A DNA stretch of 64,000 nt from Candidatus Magasanikbacteria bacterium RIFCSPHIGHO2_01_FULL_33_34. Lineage in GTDB: Bacteria > Patescibacteriota > Patescibacteriia > Magasanikbacterales > UBA922. The stretch lies in the NCBI GenBank assembly GCA_001782825.1, contig MFPS01000006.1:3351-67350 (forward strand). The letters run 5' to 3'. Positions 1 through 8,144 of the stretch are shown in pieces (within the stretch, counting starts at the first letter, position 1; each line of letters begins with the position of its first letter). The position numbers and the translations under genes are program-made. Under the pieces are notes generated by a model. The model searched no databases. It saw only the letters and a list, made by a program, of their open reading frames with translations, and was not told where the DNA came from.

Positions 1-912
1 CTTTGATACTCCAATTGAACGCATAATACCAATCTCATTAGTTCTCTCTAATAACATAACAGTCATAGTGTTAAACATTCCAATAGCTGATACAGTTAAG
101 GCCACCATACCAAACAATCCTAAAACAATCTGAATAGTCTTAAAAATCTTTTTCACTTGATCAATAGTATCTCGCAAAGCAGAAACAAAAAAACCCATTT
201 CTATAATACTATTGCGAACATCATCCATATATAGACTATCAGAAATTTTAACTTTTGTTTCCAAATATGAATCAATCCCCACACCACTCACATTTACAGT
301 TGGAATATATACCAAACTTTCTGTATCATTTTGTACAACCCCAACTATTTTATAAGGTTCTATATCTTCAAATATTTCTATTTCCTCAACTCCTTCTTCA
401 TTCAAACTAGGAATAAAAAAAGTTACTTTAATCTCTTTGCCAATACTTGTTTCAATCTCTAGATTAAGCAATTGTGCTGCTGCAGTTGAAATAATCAAAT
501 CTTTTTCATTCACAAAAAAATCCCCATGTATTGTCTCAATACCACTCAATCTAAAAAAAGATGGATTTACCGCATACATTATTCCATCTCCAGTTAAATC
601 ATTGGAAGAAATTTGAGCAGAAGCAGTAATAACTGGACTGACTTCTTCTACATGTTCAATTTGAGCTATTTTTTGCAAACTTTCATTATCTAACTTTATC
701 AAATCAGAAGTCCCAGGATTCACATCCAACGCAAGCAATGAATCAGCCGTAGTAATACGATTCAAGATTGCATTTTGCAAACCATAACCCAATGAAACTA
801 AAAACAATACTGTACCAATACCAACTCCAACACCCAAAATAGTGAGCAATGTTCTCATTGGTCTTGTCCTAAACATTCTAGTTGAAAGTGATAATGCATC
901 TATTAGTCTCAT
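1..912 (-). CDS. ABC transporter permease, FtsX/MacB-like; partial, 3' end lies beyond the window start
   Basis: The minus-strand frame opens at ATG 912 (MRLIDALSLSTRMFRTRPMRTLLTILGVGVGIGTVLFLVSLGYGLQNAILNRIT...). It has an N-terminal TM segment followed by a large extracytoplasmic domain, which is typical FtsX/MacB architecture. It sits directly downstream of the ABC ATPase at 936-2387. Confidence 0.75.
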   Translation of the reverse strand, partial: MRLIDALSLSTRMFRTRPMRTLLTILGVGVGIGTVLFLVSLGYGLQNAILNRITTADSLLALDVNPGTSDLIKLDNESLQKIAQIEHVEEVSPVITASAQISSNDLTGDGIMYAVNPSFFRLSGIETIHGDFFVNEKDLIISTAAAQLLNLEIETSIGKEIKVTFFIPSLNEEGVEEIEIFEDIEPYKIVGVVQNDTESLVYIPTVNVSGVGIDSYLETKVKISDSLYMDDVRNSIIEMGFFVSALRDTIDQVKKIFKTIQIVLGLFGMVALTVSAIGMFNTMTVMLLERTNEIGIMRSIGVSK

Positions 913-935
913 AAATAAATGAAAAATTAATTCTT

Positions 936-2387
936 TTATTTTTTAATTGACTGAACTTCTTTTACCTTGACAGTTATCTCACGTATTTTTGGATAATTTT
1001 TTCGACTATATCTACCCAACATTATTAATTCTAAAAGTTTTGCAAACTTTCTTGCATCCTTTTTATTCAAAGCTACACCGCCATTATCAGTATTACTACT
1101 CAAAACCGCCCTCACACCTTTCATATCAGTATAACCATAAATCCTTTCTTTTATTACTCTATTTATTACATCAACCGCTTCACTATTGGTTATTTTGATA
1201 TTATTATTATCAAGCAAATAATAACGTATTTGATTTGTTAATTTGTCTATCTCTGTTATATTATTTTGTTTAGGATAAGCAATAAATCTCATTTCTTTTA
1301 CTACATCTTTTATTTTATTTACAAGTTTAATTGATGATTTTTTATCCATGCCAATCCCACCAACATTTTCATCACTATCAAGCAAAGACAACAAACTATC
1401 ATGATCTTCAACACCATTTACAATTAATAATTTTACATTATCTTCTATTCTCTCCAGTTCTTCTGTACTGAGGCCAGTCAATGACTCAATCACCACTTGT
1501 TTTGCCTTATATTCTAATAACAAACCACTAATCGGTCCCTGCTTGGTATAAGCTTTGGCAAGTAATTCTAAATCGCTTTTGCCTTTTTCTTCTTCTTTTC
1601 TTTTTTCTTCTTCTTTTTCACCAGCTTCTTTCAAGTGGAGCTCTCTGCGTTTTGCTGGTGGCAAACTACTTGGATCAATCACTTTTGGATGTGCATTGAC
1701 TTTCATGTCTGTTACTTTACCATCCTTCATATAAAATACTCGATTGGCAATCGCCAAATGAGACGGGTCATGAGTTACCAAAATAATAGTTTTCTTTTCC
1801 ATTATATTTAACTTTTGAATCAATGACAAAGTATCTTGAGCCGACTTTGAATCCAAATTTCCTACTGGCTCATCAGCCAAAATAATATCTGGATCATTGA
1901 CCAAAGAACGACAAATAGCCACTCTCTGCTGTTGTCCACCTGACAATTCTGTTGGTAATTTATCAGCCTGATCGCCAACACCAAAATATGTCATTAGTTC
2001 CATTGCTTTTTTCTTTCTAGATTTCAAAGTCTGATTGATGGCTATCTGTGGCAACATTACATTTTGTATGATAGTCAAAGAATTTATCAAATAAAAAGCT
2101 TGGAATATCATACCAATTGTTTTTTGATGATGATGTTCTAAATTTCTATCGTTTGCATTAACAATCTCTTTACCAAAAACTTTAATACTACCAGTGGCAT
2201 TTCTATCTAAACCTGCAATTGAATATAACAAAGTAGACTTTCCACAACCAGAAGGTCCAAAAAAAATAACTAACTCTCCAGGAAATATTTCTATAGAAGC
2301 GCCTATTAAAGCCTTTACTTCATTACTCTTTCCTGGAAGGTATGTTACACCGACATCTTTTGTCGTAATAATTGGTGTTATTTCCAT
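936..2387 (-). CDS. ABC transporter ATP-binding protein (MacB/LolD-like NBD) with a C-terminal extension of about 250 aa
   Basis: Walker A GPSGCGKST, ABC signature LSGGQQQRVAI and Walker B IILADEP are present. An H-loop VTHD follows. After the NBD there is a K/E-rich linker (KEAGEKEEEKRKEEEKGKS) and an extra domain. Confidence 0.9.
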   Translation of the reverse strand: MEITPIITTKDVGVTYLPGKSNEVKALIGASIEIFPGELVIFFGPSGCGKSTLLYSIAGLDRNATGSIKVFGKEIVNANDRNLEHHHQKTIGMIFQAFYLINSLTIIQNVMLPQIAINQTLKSRKKKAMELMTYFGVGDQADKLPTELSGGQQQRVAICRSLVNDPDIILADEPVGNLDSKSAQDTLSLIQKLNIMEKKTIILVTHDPSHLAIANRVFYMKDGKVTDMKVNAHPKVIDPSSLPPAKRRELHLKEAGEKEEEKRKEEEKGKSDLELLAKAYTKQGPISGLLLEYKAKQVVIESLTGLSTEELERIEDNVKLLIVNGVEDHDSLLSLLDSDENVGGIGMDKKSSIKLVNKIKDVVKEMRFIAYPKQNNITEIDKLTNQIRYYLLDNNNIKITNSEAVDVINRVIKERIYGYTDMKGVRAVLSSNTDNGGVALNKKDARKFAKLLELIMLGRYSRKNYPKIREITVKVKEVQSIKK

Positions 2388-2518
2388 TTTACAATATTCT
2401 AATATATCTTAATTATAACAGAAAAATTAATACTTATCTATGTTTATATAGACAAAATTTTAAAAGATATATATTAAAAAATACTATCTACAATAATAAA
2501 ATATATAATACTAAATAT

Positions 2519-5500
2519 TTATTGACTTTTTTCATCTAGTGAACTTTCATTTACTTTTACACTCAAAAGATGGCTCACTCCGTCACCTCCCATAGTAACG
2601 CCATACAAAGCGCTAGCCGCATGCATAGTTGCACGATTGTGAGTAATCAATATAAATTGTGAATGTTCTGACAATTCTTTCAAAATTTTATTGAACCTCA
2701 ATGTATTAGCTTCATCAAGAGCAGCTTCTACTTCATCAAGTATAGAAAAAGGTGGTGGATTAACATGCAAAATAGCACAAATAAGCGCAATAGAAGTAAG
2801 AGTTCTCTCACCACCAGACAAAGCTTGTATATCTTTTATTTTTTTACCCGGTGGACAAGCAATTACCTCCATACCTTGCAATATTTTCTTTCTTCGTTTT
2901 TTAATTTTATCTTCCTCCAAAATTTCACCTTCCTCAACTGACGCTTCATTTTCATCTTCAACACCCATAATCTCTACCAAATCAGCCTCTCCTCCATCAA
3001 AAAGCATTTTAAAATATCTCTGAAATTCTTTTTTGATTTTTTTGAAAGACTTGTCTCGACGCACTTTCATCAAATTATCTAATTCTTCAACCAATTTACT
3101 AAGGTCATCATAAGCTTTACTCAAATCATCCAATTGTACTGTCAAATCTTCATGTCTTCTTTTGGCTTCCTCATACTCTACTACCACTTCTTCATCAATA
3201 CCACCAACCAATGTAAGCTTGTACTTTAATTTTTGAATTTTTGTAACACAATCTTCAATATTATCTGTTGCAATAGACATACCACCTTTTGACAAAATAG
3301 ATTCAACTGATGAATGCAGTTCTTGATAAACCTCATTAGACAAATCTTCTTGTCTGGTATCAAGTTTGGCAATCAAAATTTGTTTTTCATTTTTTTGACC
3401 TACAATTATATTCAATTTCTCCTGAAAATTCTGCATAATATCTTGCAATTCAAAAATACGTTTTTTCTTTTTTTCTTCATCTTGATGAAAAGATCTTATT
3501 TTTGCTTCAACACCTTTGATATCTTCATCCAACAATACTATAGATTTATCAACTTCATGTTTTTCTAATTTTATAGTATCAAGAGTACTACCATATTCTT
3601 CTTTACTCATTGTATGCAATTTTAACTCTTGTTCAAGTCCAGCAATTTCCTGATTTTTTTCAATTTTTTGATTTAATAAATATGCTTTCTTTTTTTCTTC
3701 CATTTCTATTTCGGCTCTATTACTGATAAAATCATTATTTACTTTTTCATATTCAATCTCTACTTTATCAAGTTTTGTTTTTATTTCCATTATCAATTCA
3801 GTTTGATCTTCAATTGAATTACTTATACTACCCAAAGCCTGATTGCCTACAAAACTTAAACCACCAGCTTTATGTCTTCTATATCCACCCTTCATACTTC
3901 CACCCACATCCAAAATATCCCCCTCAAGGGTTACCATGCGAATTTTGCCAATACCCACTTTACGAGCAATATCAATATTTTCTACTACTAAAGTACTACC
4001 CAAAACATATGAAAAAATATTGGATAATGTAGCAGAAAAGTTTATCAGATTGATGGCTAACCCATGCACACCCTCCATATTGAGCATACTTTCAATATTG
4101 CTTGGCAAAAATCTAGGCTTAATTCTATTGACCGGCAAAAAAGTGGCCACACCCAAATGCTCTGAACGCAAAAATTTTATACACTCTTCTGCCACCAAAT
4201 CATCCGCCACAACCAATGAAGACAAATGACTCCCAGCTGCAGTATCAAGCGCAATTTGATATTTTTCTTTTACCTCACCCAATTGAGCCAAAGCGCCAAA
4301 AATCTTCCCAAACTTTTGTTTATTATCAAGCACAGCCTGAATTGATTTGAGTCCAGTCGCCACAAAAAAATTTTGTTCACTTCTAGTTTGTGTAAACTGA
4401 GTTTCCAAAGAACTAAGGCGACTTTTGAGTTCCGCTCTTTCAATGGTATATTGCTCCAAATTATTTCTATTTTTGGACTGAATTTCTCCCAAATTCAAAA
4501 TTTGATTATAAATATTTTGAATTTCATTTTGCAACTTATCCTGTTCACTTTTTAACATTGTTACTTTATTTTCAATCCAACCAACATTATGCATCCCCTC
4601 TTTATTATATTCAACTTGAATCCTACCAGAAAGTGTAGCTTTTTCTTTTTCCAAATTATTTTTCTTTTGCAAAATAGCTTGATATTCAGTTTGTAATTTC
4701 TTATATTCATCCTCACGAGAAGATTCTTTTGCCAAATTACTAAGCTCAAGCTGAATTAAATTTAATCTTTTGAAATTGTCATTATAATCATTTTCTATAA
4801 TAAGCAATTCTTTTTTAAGAATTTGTAATTGTTCTTCATTATTATTCCAAAGAGTCAAATAATATGCTTCTTGTAATTCACGCAGTTCTATCTCTACTTC
4901 TTGTCTTTCTTCCAATTTTTTTACTTGACGAGACAAACTTTTTAATCGTGGAGAAACTTCATTCAACAAAGCTTCTGCCTGTTCCATATTATCATAAGTA
5001 TGTTTTAATTTTAGAACAGACTGATGGCGTTTAATCTGAAATTCTTTTATTCCAAAAGCTTCATCAAAAAAATCTTTGCGTTCAGATGGAGTTTGCAAAA
5101 GCATTTTATCAATCATACCCTGACCGATAACACTATATGAACCTTGGCCAAATTGAGCTTTTGCAAGTAACAATTGCAAATCAAGCAATCTTACTTTGTG
5201 ACCATTGATCAAATATTCATTATCACCTGTTCTGTATGATCGCCTTGTGATCACTAATTCATCATACCCAATCGGCAATTTACCATCCTGATTATCAATA
5301 ATCATGGTTACACTCGCCATACTCATTTTTCCTTTTGATTCTGAACCTCCAAAAATAATATCATCACTCTTTTTGGCCCGCAACAATTTCATACTTTGTT
5401 CGCCCAAAACCCACCTAACAGCATCAGCTACATTGGACTTTCCACTACCATTTGGCCCAACAATCCCTGTAATACTACAATAGCCATCTTTTGATGGTGC

Positions 5501-5578
5501 AAAATTCAAAACAGTCTTATTAGAAAAAGACTTAAATCCATTAATTTCAAGAGATTTCAAATACATAACCTTAAACAT
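2519..5578 (-). CDS. smc: chromosome segregation protein SMC
   Basis: The N-terminal Walker A is GPNGSGKSN. Long coiled coils and a hinge are present. The C-terminus carries LSGGERTLTSIALICAIL...ILDEVEAALD (signature/Walker B/D-loop). Length is 1019 aa. Confidence 0.9.
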   Translation of the reverse strand: MFKVMYLKSLEINGFKSFSNKTVLNFAPSKDGYCSITGIVGPNGSGKSNVADAVRWVLGEQSMKLLRAKKSDDIIFGGSESKGKMSMASVTMIIDNQDGKLPIGYDELVITRRSYRTGDNEYLINGHKVRLLDLQLLLAKAQFGQGSYSVIGQGMIDKMLLQTPSERKDFFDEAFGIKEFQIKRHQSVLKLKHTYDNMEQAEALLNEVSPRLKSLSRQVKKLEERQEVEIELRELQEAYYLTLWNNNEEQLQILKKELLIIENDYNDNFKRLNLIQLELSNLAKESSREDEYKKLQTEYQAILQKKNNLEKEKATLSGRIQVEYNKEGMHNVGWIENKVTMLKSEQDKLQNEIQNIYNQILNLGEIQSKNRNNLEQYTIERAELKSRLSSLETQFTQTRSEQNFFVATGLKSIQAVLDNKQKFGKIFGALAQLGEVKEKYQIALDTAAGSHLSSLVVADDLVAEECIKFLRSEHLGVATFLPVNRIKPRFLPSNIESMLNMEGVHGLAINLINFSATLSNIFSYVLGSTLVVENIDIARKVGIGKIRMVTLEGDILDVGGSMKGGYRRHKAGGLSFVGNQALGSISNSIEDQTELIMEIKTKLDKVEIEYEKVNNDFISNRAEIEMEEKKKAYLLNQKIEKNQEIAGLEQELKLHTMSKEEYGSTLDTIKLEKHEVDKSIVLLDEDIKGVEAKIRSFHQDEEKKKKRIFELQDIMQNFQEKLNIIVGQKNEKQILIAKLDTRQEDLSNEVYQELHSSVESILSKGGMSIATDNIEDCVTKIQKLKYKLTLVGGIDEEVVVEYEEAKRRHEDLTVQLDDLSKAYDDLSKLVEELDNLMKVRRDKSFKKIKKEFQRYFKMLFDGGEADLVEIMGVEDENEASVEEGEILEEDKIKKRRKKILQGMEVIACPPGKKIKDIQALSGGERTLTSIALICAILHVNPPPFSILDEVEAALDEANTLRFNKILKELSEHSQFILITHNRATMHAASALYGVTMGGDGVSHLLSVKVNESSLDEKSQ

Positions 5579-5648
5579 GATTCATGAGACACGCATCATG
5601 ATTCATTTATAGCATAATGTAATGAATTATAACACGAACCAACTAACC

Positions 5649-5677
5649 TTGACAATTCTGCGTTTAGCATATATAAT
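5649..5677 (+). promoter_or_regulatory. consensus sigma70-type promoter TTGACA-N17-TATAAT, in the divergent smc/nrnA intergenic region
   Basis: ttgaca (5649-5654), a 17-nt spacer, then tataat (5672-5677). Inverted repeats at 5581-5600 and 5740-5770 flank it. Confidence 0.5.
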
Positions 5678-5779
5678 GCTATATCCCTCATTAAAAGAAA
5701 TTAAAATAAAAAGATAATTATTAATTAATATTCATTGAATCGTGTTACGTGTCTCGTGAATTATGAATAGTGTCGATGT

Positions 5780-6763
5780 ATGTACAGAATATCAAAACAA
5801 ATCCACAATAAAATTATTGATGCAAAACATATACTATTAATCCCTCACCAAAATCCAGATGGTGATGCTCTTGGTAGTCTTACAGCTTTCAAACAATATT
5901 TACATAAAATAGACAAACCACATACAGCTTTTTGTGTGACAGATGTACCCCAAAACTTTAGAGACCTGCACCATGTAGATAGTATTAGCTCCGACCAATC
6001 AATTTGGCAAAATCCCAATATAGATGTGGTTATAGTATTTGATTCAGGAGATCTACACTATGCAGGAATTGATAAATATATAGCAAAATTACCAAAACAA
6101 GTTTATATCATAAATATTGACCATCACGCAACCAATGAAAATTATGGGCATTTAAACATGGTCATTACCAGCAGTAGTTCAACTGCAGAAACTTTGTATA
6201 ACTTTTTCAAACACAATGATATTGAAATTGACAACAAAATGGCTACCTCTCTCCTAGCTGGCCTAGTAACAGATACAGACTTTTATACCAATGGCGCAAC
6301 ATCTCTATCATCTCTACAAATCACATCAAAACTAATCTCACTAGGTGGTGATTTTGCCTTAATCAAAGATATAATATTCAAAAATAAAACAATCAATGTT
6401 TTGAAATTGTGGGGAATTGTATTATCCAGACTAAAAAAACATCAAGAAATTGATCTAGTCTACACTTATCTAACCCAAGAAGATTTAGATACTTATGGCG
6501 TATCTGAATCAATTTCTGATGGGATTTCAAATTTTTTGAACAATCTAAACGATGGTGAAGTATGTCTACTATTCAAAGAACTGCCCGACAACAAAATAAA
6601 AGGAAGTTTCCGAACCACCAAAGACAATGTTGATGTATCAGCTATAGCCAAAGAACTTGGCGGAGGTGGCCACAAAAAAGCCGCTGGCTTTACCATCGAC
6701 GGACCGCTCAAAGAGGCTGCCAGAACTGTATTTGAACTCATAAAAAATAAAAATCTCAACTAA
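5780..6763 (+). CDS. nrnA: DHH/DHHA1 phosphoesterase, NrnA-like oligoribonuclease/pAp phosphatase
   Basis: Motifs present: PDGDALGS, DHHATNENYG (DHH) and GGGGHKKAAGF (DHHA1). Confidence 0.85.
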   Translation: MYRISKQIHNKIIDAKHILLIPHQNPDGDALGSLTAFKQYLHKIDKPHTAFCVTDVPQNFRDLHHVDSISSDQSIWQNPNIDVVIVFDSGDLHYAGIDKYIAKLPKQVYIINIDHHATNENYGHLNMVITSSSSTAETLYNFFKHNDIEIDNKMATSLLAGLVTDTDFYTNGATSLSSLQITSKLISLGGDFALIKDIIFKNKTINVLKLWGIVLSRLKKHQEIDLVYTYLTQEDLDTYGVSESISDGISNFLNNLNDGEVCLLFKELPDNKIKGSFRTTKDNVDVSAIAKELGGGGHKKAAGFTIDGPLKEAARTVFELIKNKNLN

Positions 6764-6841
6764 AAAATATCTTTACAAACTGGTATCTTACTGCTAAAAT
6801 AAAATTAATATGTAATAATTAATAGTATTATTTATAATCAA

Positions 6842-6944
6842 GCATTAGTTTTAATTATTTGTTTTTACGGATTTGATGTCCCAACAGACATCACCCTCGG
6901 AGCCAAAGCGAGAATGAGTAAAAACAAATAATTAAAACTAATGC
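6842..6944. ncRNA. structured repeat element copy A: perfect 27-bp closing inverted repeat around a core of about 50 nt with two small hairpins (candidate small RNA or structured motif); second copy at about 52346-52425
   Basis: Left arm gcattagttttaattatttgtttttac (6842-6868) is the exact reverse complement of the right arm at 6918-6944. The core ggatttgatgtcccaacagacatcaccctcggagccaaagcgagaatgag contains a 7-bp hairpin tgatgtc/gacatca. The core is about 90% identical to 52361-52415. Confidence 0.45.
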
Positions 6945-7002
6945 GATCATGATTGAAAATATAAACAATATCAGTATAACTTATAACTAACAATAAAATA
7001 TT

Positions 7003-7602
7003 ATGCAAACAACAGAAATAAAAAACCAATACCTTATCCCTACTGTTATTGAAAAAACCAGTTATGGTGAAAGAGCGTATGATATATATTCTCGTTTACT
7101 CAAAGATAGAATTATTTTTCTTGGTAGCGCCATTGACGACGCTGTTGCCAATACTGTCATTGCTCAATTCTTGTTTTTGGAAAATCAAGATCCAGACAAA
7201 GATATAAAATTATATATCAATTCACCTGGAGGTTCAGTCACTTCTGGTATGGCCATATATGACACCATGCAATATATAAAACCAAATGTATCAACTATAT
7301 GTATTGGCATGGCCGCCAGTATGGCTTCAGTCCTTTTGACTGCCGGTGAAAAAGGCAAAAGATTTTGTCTACCAAATAGTGAAGTAATGATTCACCAAGT
7401 AATGGGCGGAACTGAAGGCCAAGCTTCCGACATAAAAATCCATGCCGAACGAATACTAAAAATGAAAGACAAACTTAATTCTATTTTAGCAAACCATACT
7501 GGACAAGATATAAAAACCATAGAAAAAGATTCTGATCGCGATAACTTTATGACAGCCGAAGAAGCGGTAAAATATGGATTGGTAGATAAAGTGATTAAAT
7601 AG
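7003..7602 (+). CDS. clpP: ATP-dependent Clp protease proteolytic subunit
   Basis: 199 aa. Contains the GMAASMAS active-site Ser region and the His/Asp context, with full-length similarity to ClpP. Confidence 0.95.
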   Translation: MQTTEIKNQYLIPTVIEKTSYGERAYDIYSRLLKDRIIFLGSAIDDAVANTVIAQFLFLENQDPDKDIKLYINSPGGSVTSGMAIYDTMQYIKPNVSTICIGMAASMASVLLTAGEKGKRFCLPNSEVMIHQVMGGTEGQASDIKIHAERILKMKDKLNSILANHTGQDIKTIEKDSDRDNFMTAEEAVKYGLVDKVIK

Positions 7603-7642
7603 CAGAGTAAGCAGAATAGGCAGATTAAGCAAATAAAATCAA

Positions 7643-7672
7643 AGACCCTCGACTAAGTCGAAGGTCTTTTAA
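7643..7672 (+). terminator. rho-independent terminator of clpP
   Basis: Stem agaccctcgac/gtcgaaggtct with loop taa, followed by tttt. Confidence 0.6.
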
Positions 7673-7679
7673 AATTTTT

Positions 7680-8090
7680 ATAGGAATGTTCTTCTAAAAT
7701 GCTGTACCCAAGAAGGTGAGTCGTAGGAATAGACGAGCCGTAGCCTGTGCAACCCTATAACGCACCCCCATGCTTGTCGTGGATACAGAACGTTATTTAT
7801 TTTTTCAAAATATTCAACGTTCTATATCCTCGTAAATCCAACCTTATGGTTGGGTAGTGGATACAGAGAAATACTTATTTTATGATAGAAACCATTAAAC
7901 AAATATTTCTCTAAATCCAAATTATATAGTTTTAAAAAGGTGTCTGGTAAGACACGGACATAAGGTTAGTTGTGGGGGGCAACTCCTTGAATATCCGTGT
8001 CTACCAGACAGAATCGAGTTAATTACTCAACACGACAAATGAATATACCATAAAAAATTCAACTTGTCAATAGCACCCTGTGGAAAAAAA
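7680..8090. ncRNA. GC-elevated, highly structured intergenic block between convergent genes; candidate non-coding RNA(s), family not recognised
   Basis: There is no ORF of 60 aa or more here. Local GC is clearly above the roughly 30% background. Nested helices include ggatacagaacgtt/aacgttctatatcc, ccaacc/ggttgg, and a 16-bp helix gtctggtaagacacgg/ccgtgtctaccagac enclosing a G-run. The direct repeat gtggatacaga occurs twice. Confidence 0.35.
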
Positions 8091-8113
8091 TAAAAAATAG
8101 GCTAAAATTAGCC
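8084..8113 (-). terminator. rho-independent terminator of the VanW-like gene
   Basis: Hairpin ggctaa/ttagcc, followed on the minus strand by tatttttt atttttt. Confidence 0.55.
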
Positions 8114-8144
8114 ATTTTTATAATAAAGTTATTTTGTAATGTCT

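Noticed and set aside
989-1198. Numerous 60-130-aa ORFs on the opposite strand of, or nested within, long genes (e.g. 989-1198, 2691-3023, 3843-4229, 12525-12926, 21920-22324, 23276-23656, 34433-34825, 44235-44615, 53395-54522)
   Set aside because: They overlap well-supported longer genes with clear homology or coding periodicity. They have low-complexity composition, typical of antisense frames in AT-rich DNA, and no RBS or promoter support.
6842-6944. Interpreting the 27-bp inverted-repeat element as a MITE or IS remnant
   Set aside because: There is no target-site duplication and no transposase anywhere in the window. The second copy has different flank sequences that still pair, which fits selection on RNA structure better than transposition.
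7680-8090. Tested whether the structured intergenic block is RNase P RNA, tmRNA or SRP RNA
   Set aside because: None of the universally conserved boxes is present on either strand: AGGAAAGUCCGGGC / ACAGAAnCCGGCUUA for RNase P, a tRNA-like GGUUCGAnUCC-CCA end with a tag ORF for tmRNA, and GGAAGCAGC of SRP domain IV. The region is retained only as an unclassified candidate.
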